A stretch of 63,192 bases of DNA, the filler included, from Chiloscyllium plagiosum (taxonomy: Eukaryota): NCBI RefSeq assembly GCF_004010195.1. It is 4 parts of one record of this genome, joined end to end, with 100 filler letters (N's around TTAATTAATTAA, not from the genome) between each part and the next. Parts side by side here need not be neighbours in the genome. Positions count along the whole stretch, not along the records: positions 35,201 to 55,901 come from NC_057712.1; positions 56,002 to 63,192 come from NC_057712.1; 2 more parts are not named here. The stretch is one strand, 5' to 3'. The notes below the pieces were generated by a model. That model had not been told where the DNA came from. It did no database searches and was given only the letters and a program-made list of their open reading frames with translations. This document shows, piece after piece, positions 48,284 through 60,591 of this stretch (position 1 is its first letter; each line of letters starts with the position of its first letter). Made by a program: the position numbers and the translations under genes.

Positions 48284-49875
48284 AACCAGCCTGCACCATG
48301 AGGAGCAGTGTTATGCAATAAAATGTCTCCCACCAAGTGCACTAAAGTAAGTACATCATAATTGGATTCCCTTTGAAAATGATGTAAGATCTGTGTCACT
48401 AAATTTTATCTGCTTTGGACTGCCCACACATAGATATGCACACTGCTGTTGAGAAGGAGTTCCCTCCAAGAGTTGCAGTGACAGTGAAGGAACAGCAATA
48501 TGTGACTAAGTCAGGATGCTGTGCAGCTCAAAGGGGAACTTGAAGGTGGTGGTGGTTCGATATGTCTGCTCTCTTTGTCCTTCTACTGTTAGAGGTAATA
48601 AGGCTGCAAGGAGTTATTGAAGGAAACTTGGCAAATTGTTTTATTGCATATTGCAACTGGTAAACTTTGCTGTCAATGTATGTTGGTGGAGATTGAGTGC
48701 CAACGAAGCAGCTGCTTTGTCTTAAATAGTGGTGAAGTCTATGTATTAGTTGAACTGCACTCAGCCAGGCAAGTGGAGAATATTCCAACATAATCCTGAC
48801 TTGTGCACTGTAGATGGTGGACAGGCTTTGGAGAGTCAGATGTTGAGTTAATCACAGGCAGAGGTCACAGTCTCTGATATGTTCTTGTGATCACAACAGC
48901 TACCTGAATGGTCCAGTTAAACTGCTGGTCAATAGCAACCCTGAGTACACTGATAGAGATTAAGCTATGGTAACAAATTTCATGAGGAGATAGTTATGTT
49001 TGCTAGTGTTAGAGATGGTCATTGGCTGGCACATGTGTGATATGAATGGCATTTGCCATTTATCAGTCGAAGCATGAATCTTGACTATGTCTTGTTGAAT
49101 GTAAGGATGGACTGTTTCTGGAATTAGATATTCTGGGTTTAGGTGTAACCAATCTACTGCATTACTACAATCAATCCACTGACATGTGGGCATCATTGGC
49201 AAAGTTGGCATCTGTTGCACACCTCTAAATGTCCTTTAAATGAAGGGCTTGCTTGGATGTTTCAGGGTTCCAAGAGTCAACTACATTGCTTTGGTTCTGG
49301 AGTCACGTATAGGCTAGATTAGTTAAGGACAGAAGCTTTTCATCCTGAAAAAAAGACATTAGTGAACTAGATGAATTTTTACAACATTGGTAGTCTCAGC
49401 AATTGTGTCCAGGAAACCATTTTTCCATTCCAAATTTATTAACTTAATTCAAATTCCACCAACTGCCAGGGTGGGATTTGAATCCATGATTCCAGAGTCT
49501 TTGGATAACTAAACCAGTAACGTTAGCACTACAACCACTTCCTCTGCTGCATGCCTGACATAAGTTTACTGCCACATATTCTACATAATAAAAGTGCCCA
49601 CGCTTCAGAAACACATCATTGACTGTCAAGTGCTTTGTGAGTTCATGAAAGGCGATACTTAAATACAAGGTTTGGACTACAAAATCATATGAGAAAAAGC
49701 AGCTTGTGAAGGGAAGATTTGTGTCATGAAATTGTAGGCTTGTTCTTTGTAAAGTTTTATGATTCTGTAATCCCTAATGCAGAAAAGGAAATCTCTCCTC
49801 TTCCCACTGGGATCATAAGTAAAGAAACTTTGCATTAAATTTGTGAAAATATCTTCAATAATGCAACTGTGAACT

Positions 49876-50535
49876 TAGAGTCATAGAGACCTACAGCATG
49901 GAAGAAGACCTTTCGATCCAACTAGTTCATGCCGACCAGACATCCTAAATAAATCTAGTCCCTTTTGCCAGTATTTGGCCCATACTAAACCTTACTAAAC
50001 CCTTCCTATTCATATGCACATACAAATACCTTTTAAATGTTGTCATTGTACCAGCCTCCATCACTTCCTCTGGCAGTTCATTCCATACACGCATGCACCA
50101 TCCTCTGTGTGAAAAAATTGCCCCTTACATCCCTTTTAAATCTTTCCACTCTCACATTAAACCTACAGCGTCTAGCTCTGTACTCCCTCATCTTGGAGAA
50201 AAGACCTTGTCTATTTACCCCATCCATGCCCCTCATGACTTTATAAACCTCTAGAAGGTCACCCCTCAGCCTCCGATGCTCCAGGGAAAATAGCCTCAGC
50301 CTATTCAGCCTCTCCCTTGAGCTCAAACCCTCTAAACCTGGCAACATCCATGTAAATCTTTTCTGAACCCTTTCAAGTTTCATAATATCCTTCCGATAGG
50401 AGGGAGACCAGAACTGAATGCAGTATTTCAAAAGTGGCCTAACCAATGTCTTGTACAGCCACAACATGACCTCCCAACTCCTATACTCAGTGTACTGACC
50501 AATAAAGGCAACCATACCAAATACCTTCTTCACTA
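49876..50535 (-). mobile_element. CR1 LINE 3' fragment
   Basis: Minus ORF 50078..50578: LVRPLLKYCIQFWSP..RGNFFTQR. Confidence 0.92.
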
Positions 50536-52509
50536 CCCAGTCTACGTATAACTCCAGAAGACTCTGACAAAAGGTCACTGACCTTTCTCCTCAAATGCTG
50601 CTGAGTATTTTAGATCTACCATTTTAATTTGAGATTTGTGGCTTCTGCAGTATTTTGGCTTTTGTGGCATTTCTCTACCTCTTAGAGAACATCTCATTTC
50701 GCTTTTCAGTTCTTTTCTGAGATATTCTTCAGTGAACCTACTTTATTTCCTACCAACTTCTCAAGCTTGAGCCTTGTTGGGCAACATTGAATAAGTAATA
50801 ATTCAAAGCCAATACAGTTCTTCACTTACAACTAATGCACCTACTCAATTACAAATTGGCCAAGTAAGAATGTGCAAGGCTTGTCAATATGGAAATCATG
50901 CCCTTTTAGCCAACTCAGTAAACTTTTCCTTTTTTAAAAAGAACACTAACCTCTGTAGAATACCAGAATTAAAAATGAGATCCAAAATTGAGGCAGTAAA
51001 TGATGGAAATGCACTCAAGTGAAACTGTTTACTCAAAAGGGTATAGACTATAGAGACATTTTCCCAAATGCATAACATCCTTTATGTATTACATCCTTGA
51101 CCATTGAGATCATGTATTTGGAAAAACTCAGGCAAACTCCCAGGACTTTCCAACTATTCTTGGACTTGAAAGCACGGAGGCAAGCCCAGGGTTTCTCAAC
51201 TTGAACCGCTTGTTCATGAAGAGTTGCAACAGTTGGAAAATTGGCGCTTACTTATTGAAAATAAGTGTAGGCTGGTTAGTTCGGTTGGCTAGACAGCTAG
51301 GATGTGAATCAGATTAACATGAATTGCGACGGTTTGAACTCCATTCTAGTTGAGGTAGATTTGGGACCGATGCCCTCCCTCTGCCAGAGAGTGGAAGTAA
51401 TGGCAAATCTCCAATCTCAAAATAAAACTACCTAGAAAACTGCGCCGGATGAAACATTAGCAGGCCATGAGCTAAGGAACTGTATTCAGGCTGAGCAGAC
51501 AAGAATGAATATTAAAGGCATTCATCACACATGATGTGCTTCAGGATATCCTGAGGATGTGTTTTAAAAATGTATATAGATGTACATTCCTTCATTAGAC
51601 TGAATGAAAGCATTACCAGAAATGGCTATTAAAGTAAGCTAGTTTGAAGAGGTAATTAGATACATTTCAGGAAAAAGAATGTAGTGAGGAATCCAGCAAG
51701 AAAACAGGATGGTGATTTTCACCTTCAATAAGTGATGGTCTATTTAGACGTGCTAGCAGCTTGCCTGCCCTGAATGCGCCTCTGCTTTTAGACTGAATCC
51801 TTTAAGCCATGTTTTAAATTTCAAACAGGAGGTTTGCACATCTGCAGCCATCAGGTGCTCTGCAGCTGGTAACTGGAGCTTTTTAAACAAAATATTTTGC
51901 TCAGTGACTCAATGGTAGCTGGATGTTTTTTAAAAAGGAGCACAGGGCAGAGCATGTAAGCAGTGCCATGGAGAACACAGCTTTATATCTTCGCTCGAGG
52001 TCTTTTTCTCATGATTCTAAAGTTCCCTAAAACAGCAATGTAGCTCATCTTGCATTTTTGGAGAAGTGTCAGGCAGTACTCTATGTTCCTACAACATTCC
52101 TCCATAATATTTAGAAGAAAATATTTAGAAAATAATTTGCTTTTGAAAGACTGGGCGACAGCAACAGGGTATTTGAGCCTCAATGCACTGTAGGAAATCT
52201 TCATTCATGGATGGCCATGCAATAAATTTCAGATGCCAATTCAAAACCACTTTATCAAGAGAAAGTACTAAGTTAGGCTGACTTCATACATGCTCTAATG
52301 CACTTTCTAGTGGAAACCTAAAGAAGGATAAAGTTTAGGAGGAGTTTGTGGTCTCTCTTTCCTACCATTCTCTCATCTCTGCAGCCGAAATGTAGCTCAG
52401 ACGGAAGAAGAAATGGAACTGGATGAATCCAATGATGTCTCTCGAAAACAGATAAACCAAAATAGGGCACCAATGTCCAGATTGCAGAACACCAACACAT
52501 ATTTCAGCC

Positions 52510-52965
52510 TTGGCTGACTGGTAACTTTCATCTGTGAGGGACAGAACATTGTGGGTTTCAAGCCCCATTGCAGAAACTTGAATACTTGATCTGGCCTGGA
52601 CTTGTGTGTTATATGGAGCAGATAGTGCATTATAAAGGATGGTGTTGGTGTGGATTGTAAAGGACGCTGTGTTTCAGGTAAGTTATTAAACTAAAGACTC
52701 ATTTGGTGAGGCAAATTTTAAAGATTCAATCACAATACTCAAAATAGAACATGGTAGTATTTCACAGACAATGTCAGTCCTTCAACCAAGCTCACTGAAA
52801 ATAAGTTAACTGGTTACTAATTTTCCTTCTGTTTATGAACACAAACAGGTTGTCACATTTCCTGACATTATTACAATAACTACACATCAAAAGATACTTC
52901 ATTGACTGTAAAGTGTTTTAGGACATCCTGTAATTGTGAAAGGAACCTTATAATTGCAAGTTCAA
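52510..52965 (+). mobile_element. Old, near full-length Deu-like SINE with L2-like tail
   Basis: Homologous to 40565-40800; tail cttcattgactgtaaagtgttttaggacatcctg..gtgaaagg. Confidence 0.55.
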
Positions 52966-53317
52966 AAGGAGCATATAAGAATACATCAGTCAACACGTAT
53001 TGGAAGGTGAAGCCCAGTTTGGGATTAGAAACCTATAGATTGTAAGAGGAAAAACAGTGTTTCCTAATTCTGTAGGCAAATTAATTGGAATTATAAATGG
53101 CACACAGCAAAACAAAATCAAACAGAAAAGTACTGGGAGACAAAAAGTCATTTTTTTCATCCACATCTTCAAACATTCAGTATTCAGCAGTAAAAGGCAA
53201 ACTATAGTCCAGCAAATCATAACTATGTCATGCAGGAACAAGATTTTCACTGTTACACAGTGTTCCCTATTATGTGATAAAGATGGCATATACTTCTCCA
53301 TCTCAACCTCTCAATTC

Positions 53318-53662
53318 GATTCAAGTCTGTAATCACTCCCAGGTATCCATTATTCTATATATAATCCACCTGAACTTCTCAAATAGATTCAAGGCTGAAA
53401 CCACTCTCAGGGATCCATTATTCTAAATATAAACCATTTGGACCCCTCGATTAGATTCCAGACTGTAATCATTCTCAGGTATCCATTATTCTTAATATAA
53501 TCCATCTGAACTCCTCCATTAGCTCCAAGTCTTTAATCACTTCCAGGTACCCATTATTCTGTATAAAATCCATCTGAACCCCTCGATTAGATTCCAGTCT
53601 GTAATCACTCTCAGGTATCCATTATTCGATACATAATCCATCTGAACCCGTCGATTGGATTC
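53318..53662. repeat. 68-bp tandem repeat, five units
   Basis: Unit starts at 53318, 53386, 53454, 53522, 53590 and 53658, exactly 68 apart. Confidence 0.92.
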
Positions 53663-54145
53663 AAAATATTCACTATTCACTTTTATTGTATCAAACACTT
53701 ATCACTTGCAGGCTCTACATGACTTCCCCTTCAAGTCACCGCTTAAAAACTAAAGTCCTTATTCCTACAATAAATAATGTTGATATGTAATATAATTTTT
53801 CAGATGAGTCACTGGTTTTCTTTTGTTCACATTGACCAGGATTCCTTGTAACAATACCATCTTTCTGCCCTGGCTTTTAAACTCAGAACAGAAAGCAGTC
53901 AGTATGCTGCTGAAAGGAGTCTCAGATTGGGTCTCGCTACATAATGGAAAATGGGTTTGAAGTCCAGCTGAAACGCTGCCTAAAACATCCCTCTCGCGTG
54001 TGTGTTGGAGAAGGGGGGGGGGGGGGAGGGGAGTAGGCAAGAGTGGAGCAGCTGCAGTGAAAATGAAAACGGTGAATGAAAATCAATGTGTTTCCCCCCC
54101 TACATCAGCTCACTCATCAGAGAGGCAAATACCTCACCCCTTTGC

Positions 54146-54170
54146 TGACGTTGTTGCCAAGATACCCAAT
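54146..54170. promoter_or_regulatory. Putative promoter/enhancer module: CRE-like site, RFX X-box, CCAAT
   Basis: TGACGT 54146-51, GTTGCCAAGATAC 54153-65 and CCAAT 54166-70, in non-repeat, CpG-richer sequence. Confidence 0.4.
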
Positions 54171-54776
54171 CAAGCAAAAGAAGCCATGCTATGTTTGATA
54201 CCTCACCCCAACCGAGAAAAAAAAAGGACCCGAATCTGGTGACGATCTCGCCACACAATGAAACCCTTCCTTTTTACCCTCGTGTTTGTTTTCTTCCCCA
54301 CATTTCAGGCTGCCCTGAAGGACGGTGTCATTGTCAGAATCTTGTAATCGCTGTGCTTTTGCCAAGACGGACCTCGCTCTAGACACACACACACACACAC
54401 ACACAGACGATGTTGTATCATAGTTATTGTCTCTTTTCACCTCGGGGCTTCTGTTGGTGCAGGGAGGGATAGGGTACAGACACTGCACCCCTGTCTCTCG
54501 TAAAACCATCCCGGACCACAGATCACTGAACCAAGATGAGTGAGAGTGTGTCCCGCAGCCGCTCAGTAACCCCGCACTGGCAAAACCACCCACTTCATGA
54601 CCGAGGTGCACAGTGGTTAGCCTTACTACCTCACAGCGCCAAGGACACGGTTTCGATTCCAGCATGTAGGATTATAGGAGGGGGGAGAGATGACTCGACG
54701 GGCCAAACGGCCTGTTCTGGGTACACTGACAGCATCTGCCCTGGATCTTCGTACCGACAAAAGGCCAATCAATATC

Positions 54777-55070
54777 GAGTCACTGAGCTTTACAACATGG
54801 AATCATACTACTCGTCCATGCCAACTAGACATCCTAACCTCACCGATACACAGTTGCCAGCACTTGGCCCATATCCCACTAAACCCTTTCTATTCATATA
54901 CCCATCAAGATGCCTTTTAAAGGTTGTAATTGTACCAGCCTTCACCACTTCCTCTAGGCAGCTCATTCCAAATATGCATCACTCGCTTTGGATTCCCCTA
55001 CCCGAGGGAAAAAAATATACCTTTGAGTATTCACCCTATCATGCCCCCTCACAATTTCATAAACCTCTCA
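54777..55070 (-). mobile_element. CR1 3' fragment with deletions (HE1 head at 54604-54662 nearby)
   Basis: Reversed CR1 3'UTR and C-terminus. Confidence 0.8.
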
Positions 55071-55078
55071 CTGGCCAT

Positions 55079-55172
55079 CCTGATGAAGGGCTTATGTCAG
55101 AAACGTCGATTCTCCTGCTCCTCGGATGCTGCCTGACCTTCAGTGCTTTTCCAGCGCCACACTTTTCCACTC
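55079..55172 (+). mobile_element. PLE terminal-repeat insertion (family A) starting at the hammerhead core
   Basis: atc-CTGATGA-agggcttatgtca-GAAACGTC-gat. Confidence 0.85.
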
Positions 55173-56001
55173 TCACCCCCTTACAAAGATTTGTAAAGCC
55201 TCTGTATCCCTCATCAACTCAAAATGAACCTTCACCATCTCCTCCTGCTCAGGGCACGTGGGATAATCGTGGTCCTCTTGACAGCTCGCCCCCAACACCG
55301 CCTTCCCCACAGCCAAATAAATCCGCAGGAACTCTTATTTCAATAAGAAAACAAGTTCTCCGGTCTCTTTAAACAGCAACCACAAGCATTTCAAAAACGC
55401 TCGAGAAAATCTTACAGTTCTTGTTTTGAAGCGGATATGTCTTTGAACCAATCGGTTATCCCGCGTTAACTAAACAGAATTGAATCAGGTTCAGCATTAC
55501 CGGGATGTGGGTGGGGGGAAGAGACACCCCCACACCCTCCCCCCTCCACACCATAACACACGCAATCGCTTTCATCAGGGACACTGATTTACACGGGCTG
55601 AATAAGTCAAATTCCATTGACATTACGCAGGAGATTCCAGGATATTATGATGGGAGTTTGGAAGATCGCGTTATGAACCGCTCGTTTCTGCTTTCTTTCT
55701 TTCCTTCTCTCGCACCACTCACTCCCATCTCACTCTCTCTCTCACACACACCACCTCTGCATACCAGCCCCAACTTCCCCATCACACACACACACATCAC
55801 CTCCAAACCTCCCCAACTCGCCAGTCCAGCCCCAATTCTCCCCTAAGACAGACACATCATCCCCAACGCAGACACACATTATCCCCCAAACCAGTCCCAC
55901 TNNNNNNNNNNNNNNNNNNNNNNNNNNNNNNNNNNNNNNNNNNNNTTAATTAATTAANNNNNNNNNNNNNNNNNNNNNNNNNNNNNNNNNNNNNNNNNNN
56001 N

Positions 56002-57815
56002 GGGTTTGGTTAAGAAAAAGAAGGAAGTGTATGTCAGGTATAGACACGATAGATCAAGTGAATCCTTAGAGCATAAAGGCAGTAGCAGTATAATCAGGAG
56101 GCAAAAAGGGGACATGAGATAACTTTGGCAAATAGAGTTAAGGAGAATCCAAAGGGTTTTTACAAATACATTAAGGACAAAAGGGTAACTAGGGAGAGAA
56201 AAGGGCCCATCAAAGATCAGCAAGACACCATCTGTGTGGAGCTGCAGGAGATGGGGGATATATTAAATGAGCATTTTGTATTACTATTTAGTGAGAAGAA
56301 CATGGAAGATATAAAATGTACGGAAATAGATGGTGACATCTTGAAAAATGTCCATATTACAAAGGAGGAAGTGCTGGATGTCTTGAAATGCATAAAAGTG
56401 AATAAATGCCCAAGACCTGATCATGTGTACTCTAGAACTCGGAGGGAAGCTGGGAAGTGATTGCTGGGCCCCTTGCTGAGATATTTGTATCATCGATAGT
56501 CACAAGTGAAGTGCCAGAAGACTGGAGGTTGGTTAATGTGGTGCCACTGTTTACGAAAGGTAGCAAGGACAAGCCAGGGAAGTATAGACCAGTGAGCCTG
56601 ACCTTGGTGGTGGGCAATTTGTTGTAGGGAATCCTGAGGGACAGGATGTACATGTATTTGCAAAGACAAGGACTGATTACGGATAGTCAACGTGGCTTTG
56701 TGCATGGGGATTCATGTCTCACAGCCTTGATTGAGTTTTTGAAAAAGTAACAATGAGGATTGATGAGGACAGAGCGGTGGACATAGAGTCATAGAGATGT
56801 ACCTCTGTAAGGTCACCCTCAGCCTCCGAGGCTCCAGAGAAAACAGCCCCATGATCTATATGGACAAGATTCCCTATGGGAGATTAGTTGGCAAGGTTAG
56901 ATCTCATGGAATACAGGGAGAACTAGCCATTTGGATACAGAACTGACTCGAAGATATGGTGGTGGAGGGTTGTTTTTCAGGCTGGAGGCCTGTGACCAGT
57001 GGAGTGCCACAAGGATCGGGCTGGGTCCTCTACTTTTTGTTATTTACATAAATGATTTGGATGTGTGCATAAGAGGTACAGTTAGTAAGTTTGCAGATGT
57101 GATTGGAGGTGTAGTGGACGGCGAAGAGGGTTACCTCAGATTACAACAGGATCTTGATCAGGTGGGCCAATGGGCTGAGAAGTGGCAGATGGAGTTAATT
57201 CAGATAAATGCGAGGTGCTGCATTTTGGGAAAGCAAATCTTAGCAGGCCTTATACAATTAATGATAAGTTCCTAGATAGTGTTGCTGAATAAAGAGACCT
57301 TGGAATACAGATTCATAGATCCTTGAAAGTAGAGTCGCAGGTAGATAGGTTAGTGAAGAAGGCTTTTTATATGCTTTCCTTTATTGGTCAGAGTATTGAG
57401 TACAGAGGTTGGTAGATTATGTTGCAGCTGTACAGGAAGTTGGTTAGGCCACTTTTGGAATATTGCGTGCAGTTCTGGTTTCCTTCCTATTGGAAGGATG
57501 TTGTGAAACTCGAAAGGATTCAGAAAAGATTTACAAGGATGTTGCCAGGATTGAAGGATTCGAGCTATAGGGAGAGGTTAAATAGGCTGGGCCTGTTTTC
57601 CCTGGAGCGTGGAGGCTGAGGGGTGACCTTGTAAATTAGATTAGATTACATTACAGTGTGGAAACAGGCCCTTCGGCCCAACGTGTCCATAGGAAGATTT
57701 TGCAGGGATATGGGGTGGGTGCTGGTAGGTGGGACTAGATTGGGTTGGGATATTTGGTTGACATGGACGGGTTGGACTGAAGGGTCTGTTTCCATGCTGT
57801 TTATCTCAATGACTC
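56002..57815 (+). mobile_element. CR1 (HER1-like) ORF2 RT to 3' end, decayed, with nested inverted pieces at 56783-56850 and 57633-57680
   Basis: KENPKGFYKYIK, GPLLFVIYINDLD..KFAD, LVRPLLEYCVQFW; 3'UTR present. Confidence 0.93.
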
Positions 57816-57830
57816 TAAGATAAATGTACA

Positions 57831-58040
57831 AGGAAAAAATGAGGACTGCAGATGCTGGAGATCAGAGTCAAGAGTGTGCTGGAAAAACACAGCAGGTCAG
57901 GCAGCATCCGAGGAACACGAGAATGGATGTTTTGGGCATATTCCTGATTCCTGATGAAGGGCTTTTGCCCAAAATGTCGATTCTCTTGCTTCTCGGATGC
58001 TGCCTGACCTGCTGTGCTTTTGCCAGCACCACATTCTCGA
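57831..58040. mobile_element. PLE inverted terminal-repeat pair (family A) with TSD
   Basis: CTAAGATAAAT at 57815-57825 and 58041-58051. Confidence 0.85.
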
Positions 58041-58049
58041 CTAAGATAA

Positions 58050-59480
58050 ATACACGCTTAGAGAAAAATAAGTTAATGCTGGACAGTCAACATGACTTTT
58101 TCAAGAGCAGGTCATATCTGACAAAATTAATTGAGTTCTTTGAAGAGGTCACACAAGCAATGAATGAGGGTAATGTTGTGGATGTTGTATGTTTGAAGTT
58201 ACAGAAAGCAATTGAGACAGTGCCAGATGGTAGTTCAGTTAATCTTGCAAGGACTGTCTCCAGGTAGAATTGTCTTTGTCTAACTGTGTGTCTGGGACTG
58301 AGGTATTCCCAGCATACCTTGTTTTTTGGCCAGTTTCTGTGCCCTCTTTATTTCAGTTGCTGTGCTTGTATTTCTGGCTTTATGGCTGTTGCAGCTGGTT
58401 CCTCGTTTCACTCAAGCTGATACAGGATGCAAGTGACTGGGATACACAACAGAAAGGGGAGACTCCAGCCAGAGAGTAATTCAATGAGAAATCCAACACA
58501 CATTCAGGATCATACTTTTCTTTTAATTCTTGCTAAACTTTAAACTTCCGACCGGCGACCAGATGTCTCCCATCCTTTCAAGGATATTCTTTACAAAACT
58601 GTCTGTACAAACATTTGCAGCTGTGTTTGTAACAGGACTCTGTGTATTAATTCTTTGTGCTATCTTAATTTTGTGACCTTGAATTTATCTTGTCCACAAA
58701 GCAATGATTGCCCTAACTTTTCGTCGCATTTTAATACTGAACTAAACAAGCTATTTCTATTGCTACATCTAAAAATCTTCTCCATCATCTTTATGTCAAC
58801 TAAAAATCTATAAGCAGCCATTTTGTGTTAACTCCTGCCATGGGCTGCCCTAATAGTCCCCTCATCAAGTTGTGAGAAAGGTGTATTGTTGGACCTGGTC
58901 CTTGGAAATGAGCCAATTGGATGAAGTGGCAGTGAGAGAGAGGAGACAATGATTATTGTGGCACCAGGTCCAGGATGGTGGTGGAGAATGACATGCAACA
59001 ATCCAGGGTGAGAAAAACCAATTGACAGAGAGCTGACTTCAATGGGGCAAGAGCAGAGCTGGTCAGATTGACTGGGACAAGAGGTTACTGGGAAAACCAG
59101 GAACTAGACAAGTGGCTACATAAAGGAGGTAGAGATTAACATTGGAAATGAAATGTGTGCTTATGACAAGGTGTAAGGCAGAATATACAATTGTGAACCT
59201 GTAGGAATACTGAAGGTTCAGAGGGGAGGGGAAAAAGCAAATAACTGAAGCGAAGAGAAATTATGAGAAAAGGCATAGCAGCTGACAAAAAGGGGAATCC
59301 CAAAGTCTTCCATACACATGGAAATAACGACTGAGTGATTCAAGGAGGAGTAGGACTGATTACAGACCGACAAGGGGATTCACACAGAGGCAGGGGGTAC
59401 GGTTAAGGTGTGAAATGAACACTTTGCATCTGTCTTTACAAATGAGGGGGATGCTGCCAAGGCCCTGGTGACAGAGATTA
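58050..59480 (+). mobile_element. Older CR1 ORF2 fragments (58050-58235 RT; 58850-59480 endonuclease/linker)
   Basis: SQHDFFKSRSYLTKLIEFFEEVT; LDLVLGNEP; GNPKVF. Confidence 0.7.
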
Positions 59481-59868
59481 ATATGGTCATGGTCTTGAGA
59501 TACAAGCTGTGGTTAATGTCAGGTTCTTGTGATTGGATTTTTTATCTGAAGCAGTACAAACACCACGGGGTGCCATTGTACTGGAAAGACTGGGGCAGCT
59601 GATTAAACCGTCAAGAAGTGCCGCACTAAAGTGAGATTGACAGGGACAGAGTTTGCTTTACAGAAACAGTGAGAATCCTGTGGTTACATCAGGAGTTATT
59701 TTAATTCACTGCCAGGATGTGGGTGTGGCTGGCTGGGAGAGTATTTATTGCCCATTCCTTGTAGCCATTGATAAGATGAACTGCCTCCTTGAACTGTTTG
59801 TAATCTAAAATGGCTGGTCAGGGAAGTTTCTGATGCATGCTGGGAAGGAGAATGGCCAAGTGAAGCAA

Positions 59869-60591
59869 NNNNNNNNNNNNNNNNNNNNNNNNNNNNNNNN
59901 NNNNNNNNNNNNNNNNNNNNNNNNNNNNNNNNNNNNNNNNNNNNNNNNNNNNNNNNNNNNNNNNNNNNNNNNNNNNNNNNNNNNNNNNNNNNNNNNNNNN
60001 NNNNNNNNNNNNNNNNNNNNNNNNNNNNNNNNNNNNNNNNNNNNNNNNNNNNNNNNNNNNNNNNNNNNNNNNNNNNNNNNNNNNNNNNNNNNNNNNNNNN
60101 NNNNNNNNNNNNNNNNNNNNNNNNNNNNNNNNNNNNNNNNNNNNNNNNNNNNNNNNNNNNNNNNNNNNNNNNNNNNNNNNNNNNNNNNNNNNNNNNNNNN
60201 NNNNNNNNNNNNNNNNNNNNNNNNNNNNNNNNNNNNNNNNNNNNNNNNNNNNNNNNNNNNNNNNNNNNNNNNNNNNNNNNNNNNNNNNNNNNNNNNNNNN
60301 NNNNNNNNNNNNNNNNNNNNNNNNNNNNNNNNNNNNNNNNNNNNNNNNNNNNNNNNNNNNNNNNNNNNNNNNNNNNNNNNNNNNNNNNNNNNNNNNNNNN
60401 NNNNNNNNNNNNNNNNNNNNNNNNNNNNNNNNNNNNNNNNNNNNNNNNNNNNNNNNNNNNNNNNNNNNNNNNNNNNNNNNNNNNNNNNNNNNNNNNNNNN
60501 NNNNNNNNNNNNNNNNNNNNNNNNNNNNNNNNNNNNNNNNNNNNNNNNNNNNNNNNNNNNNNNNNNNNNNNNNNNNNNNNNNNNNNNNNNN
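59869..60591. other. Assembly gap
   Basis: Run of N. Confidence 1.

Noticed and set aside
52385..52517. Plus-strand acceptor followed by acidic 43-aa frame (RNVAQTEEEMELDES..)
   Set aside because: No upstream partner exon or recognisable protein, and it ends in a SINE. Similar isolated candidates at ~15750, 25370, 28010, 29875, 36780 and 47563 are likewise unsupported.
54536..55372. 278-aa ORF
   Set aside because: Chimera of a SINE head, antisense CR1 and a PLE repeat; chance open frame.
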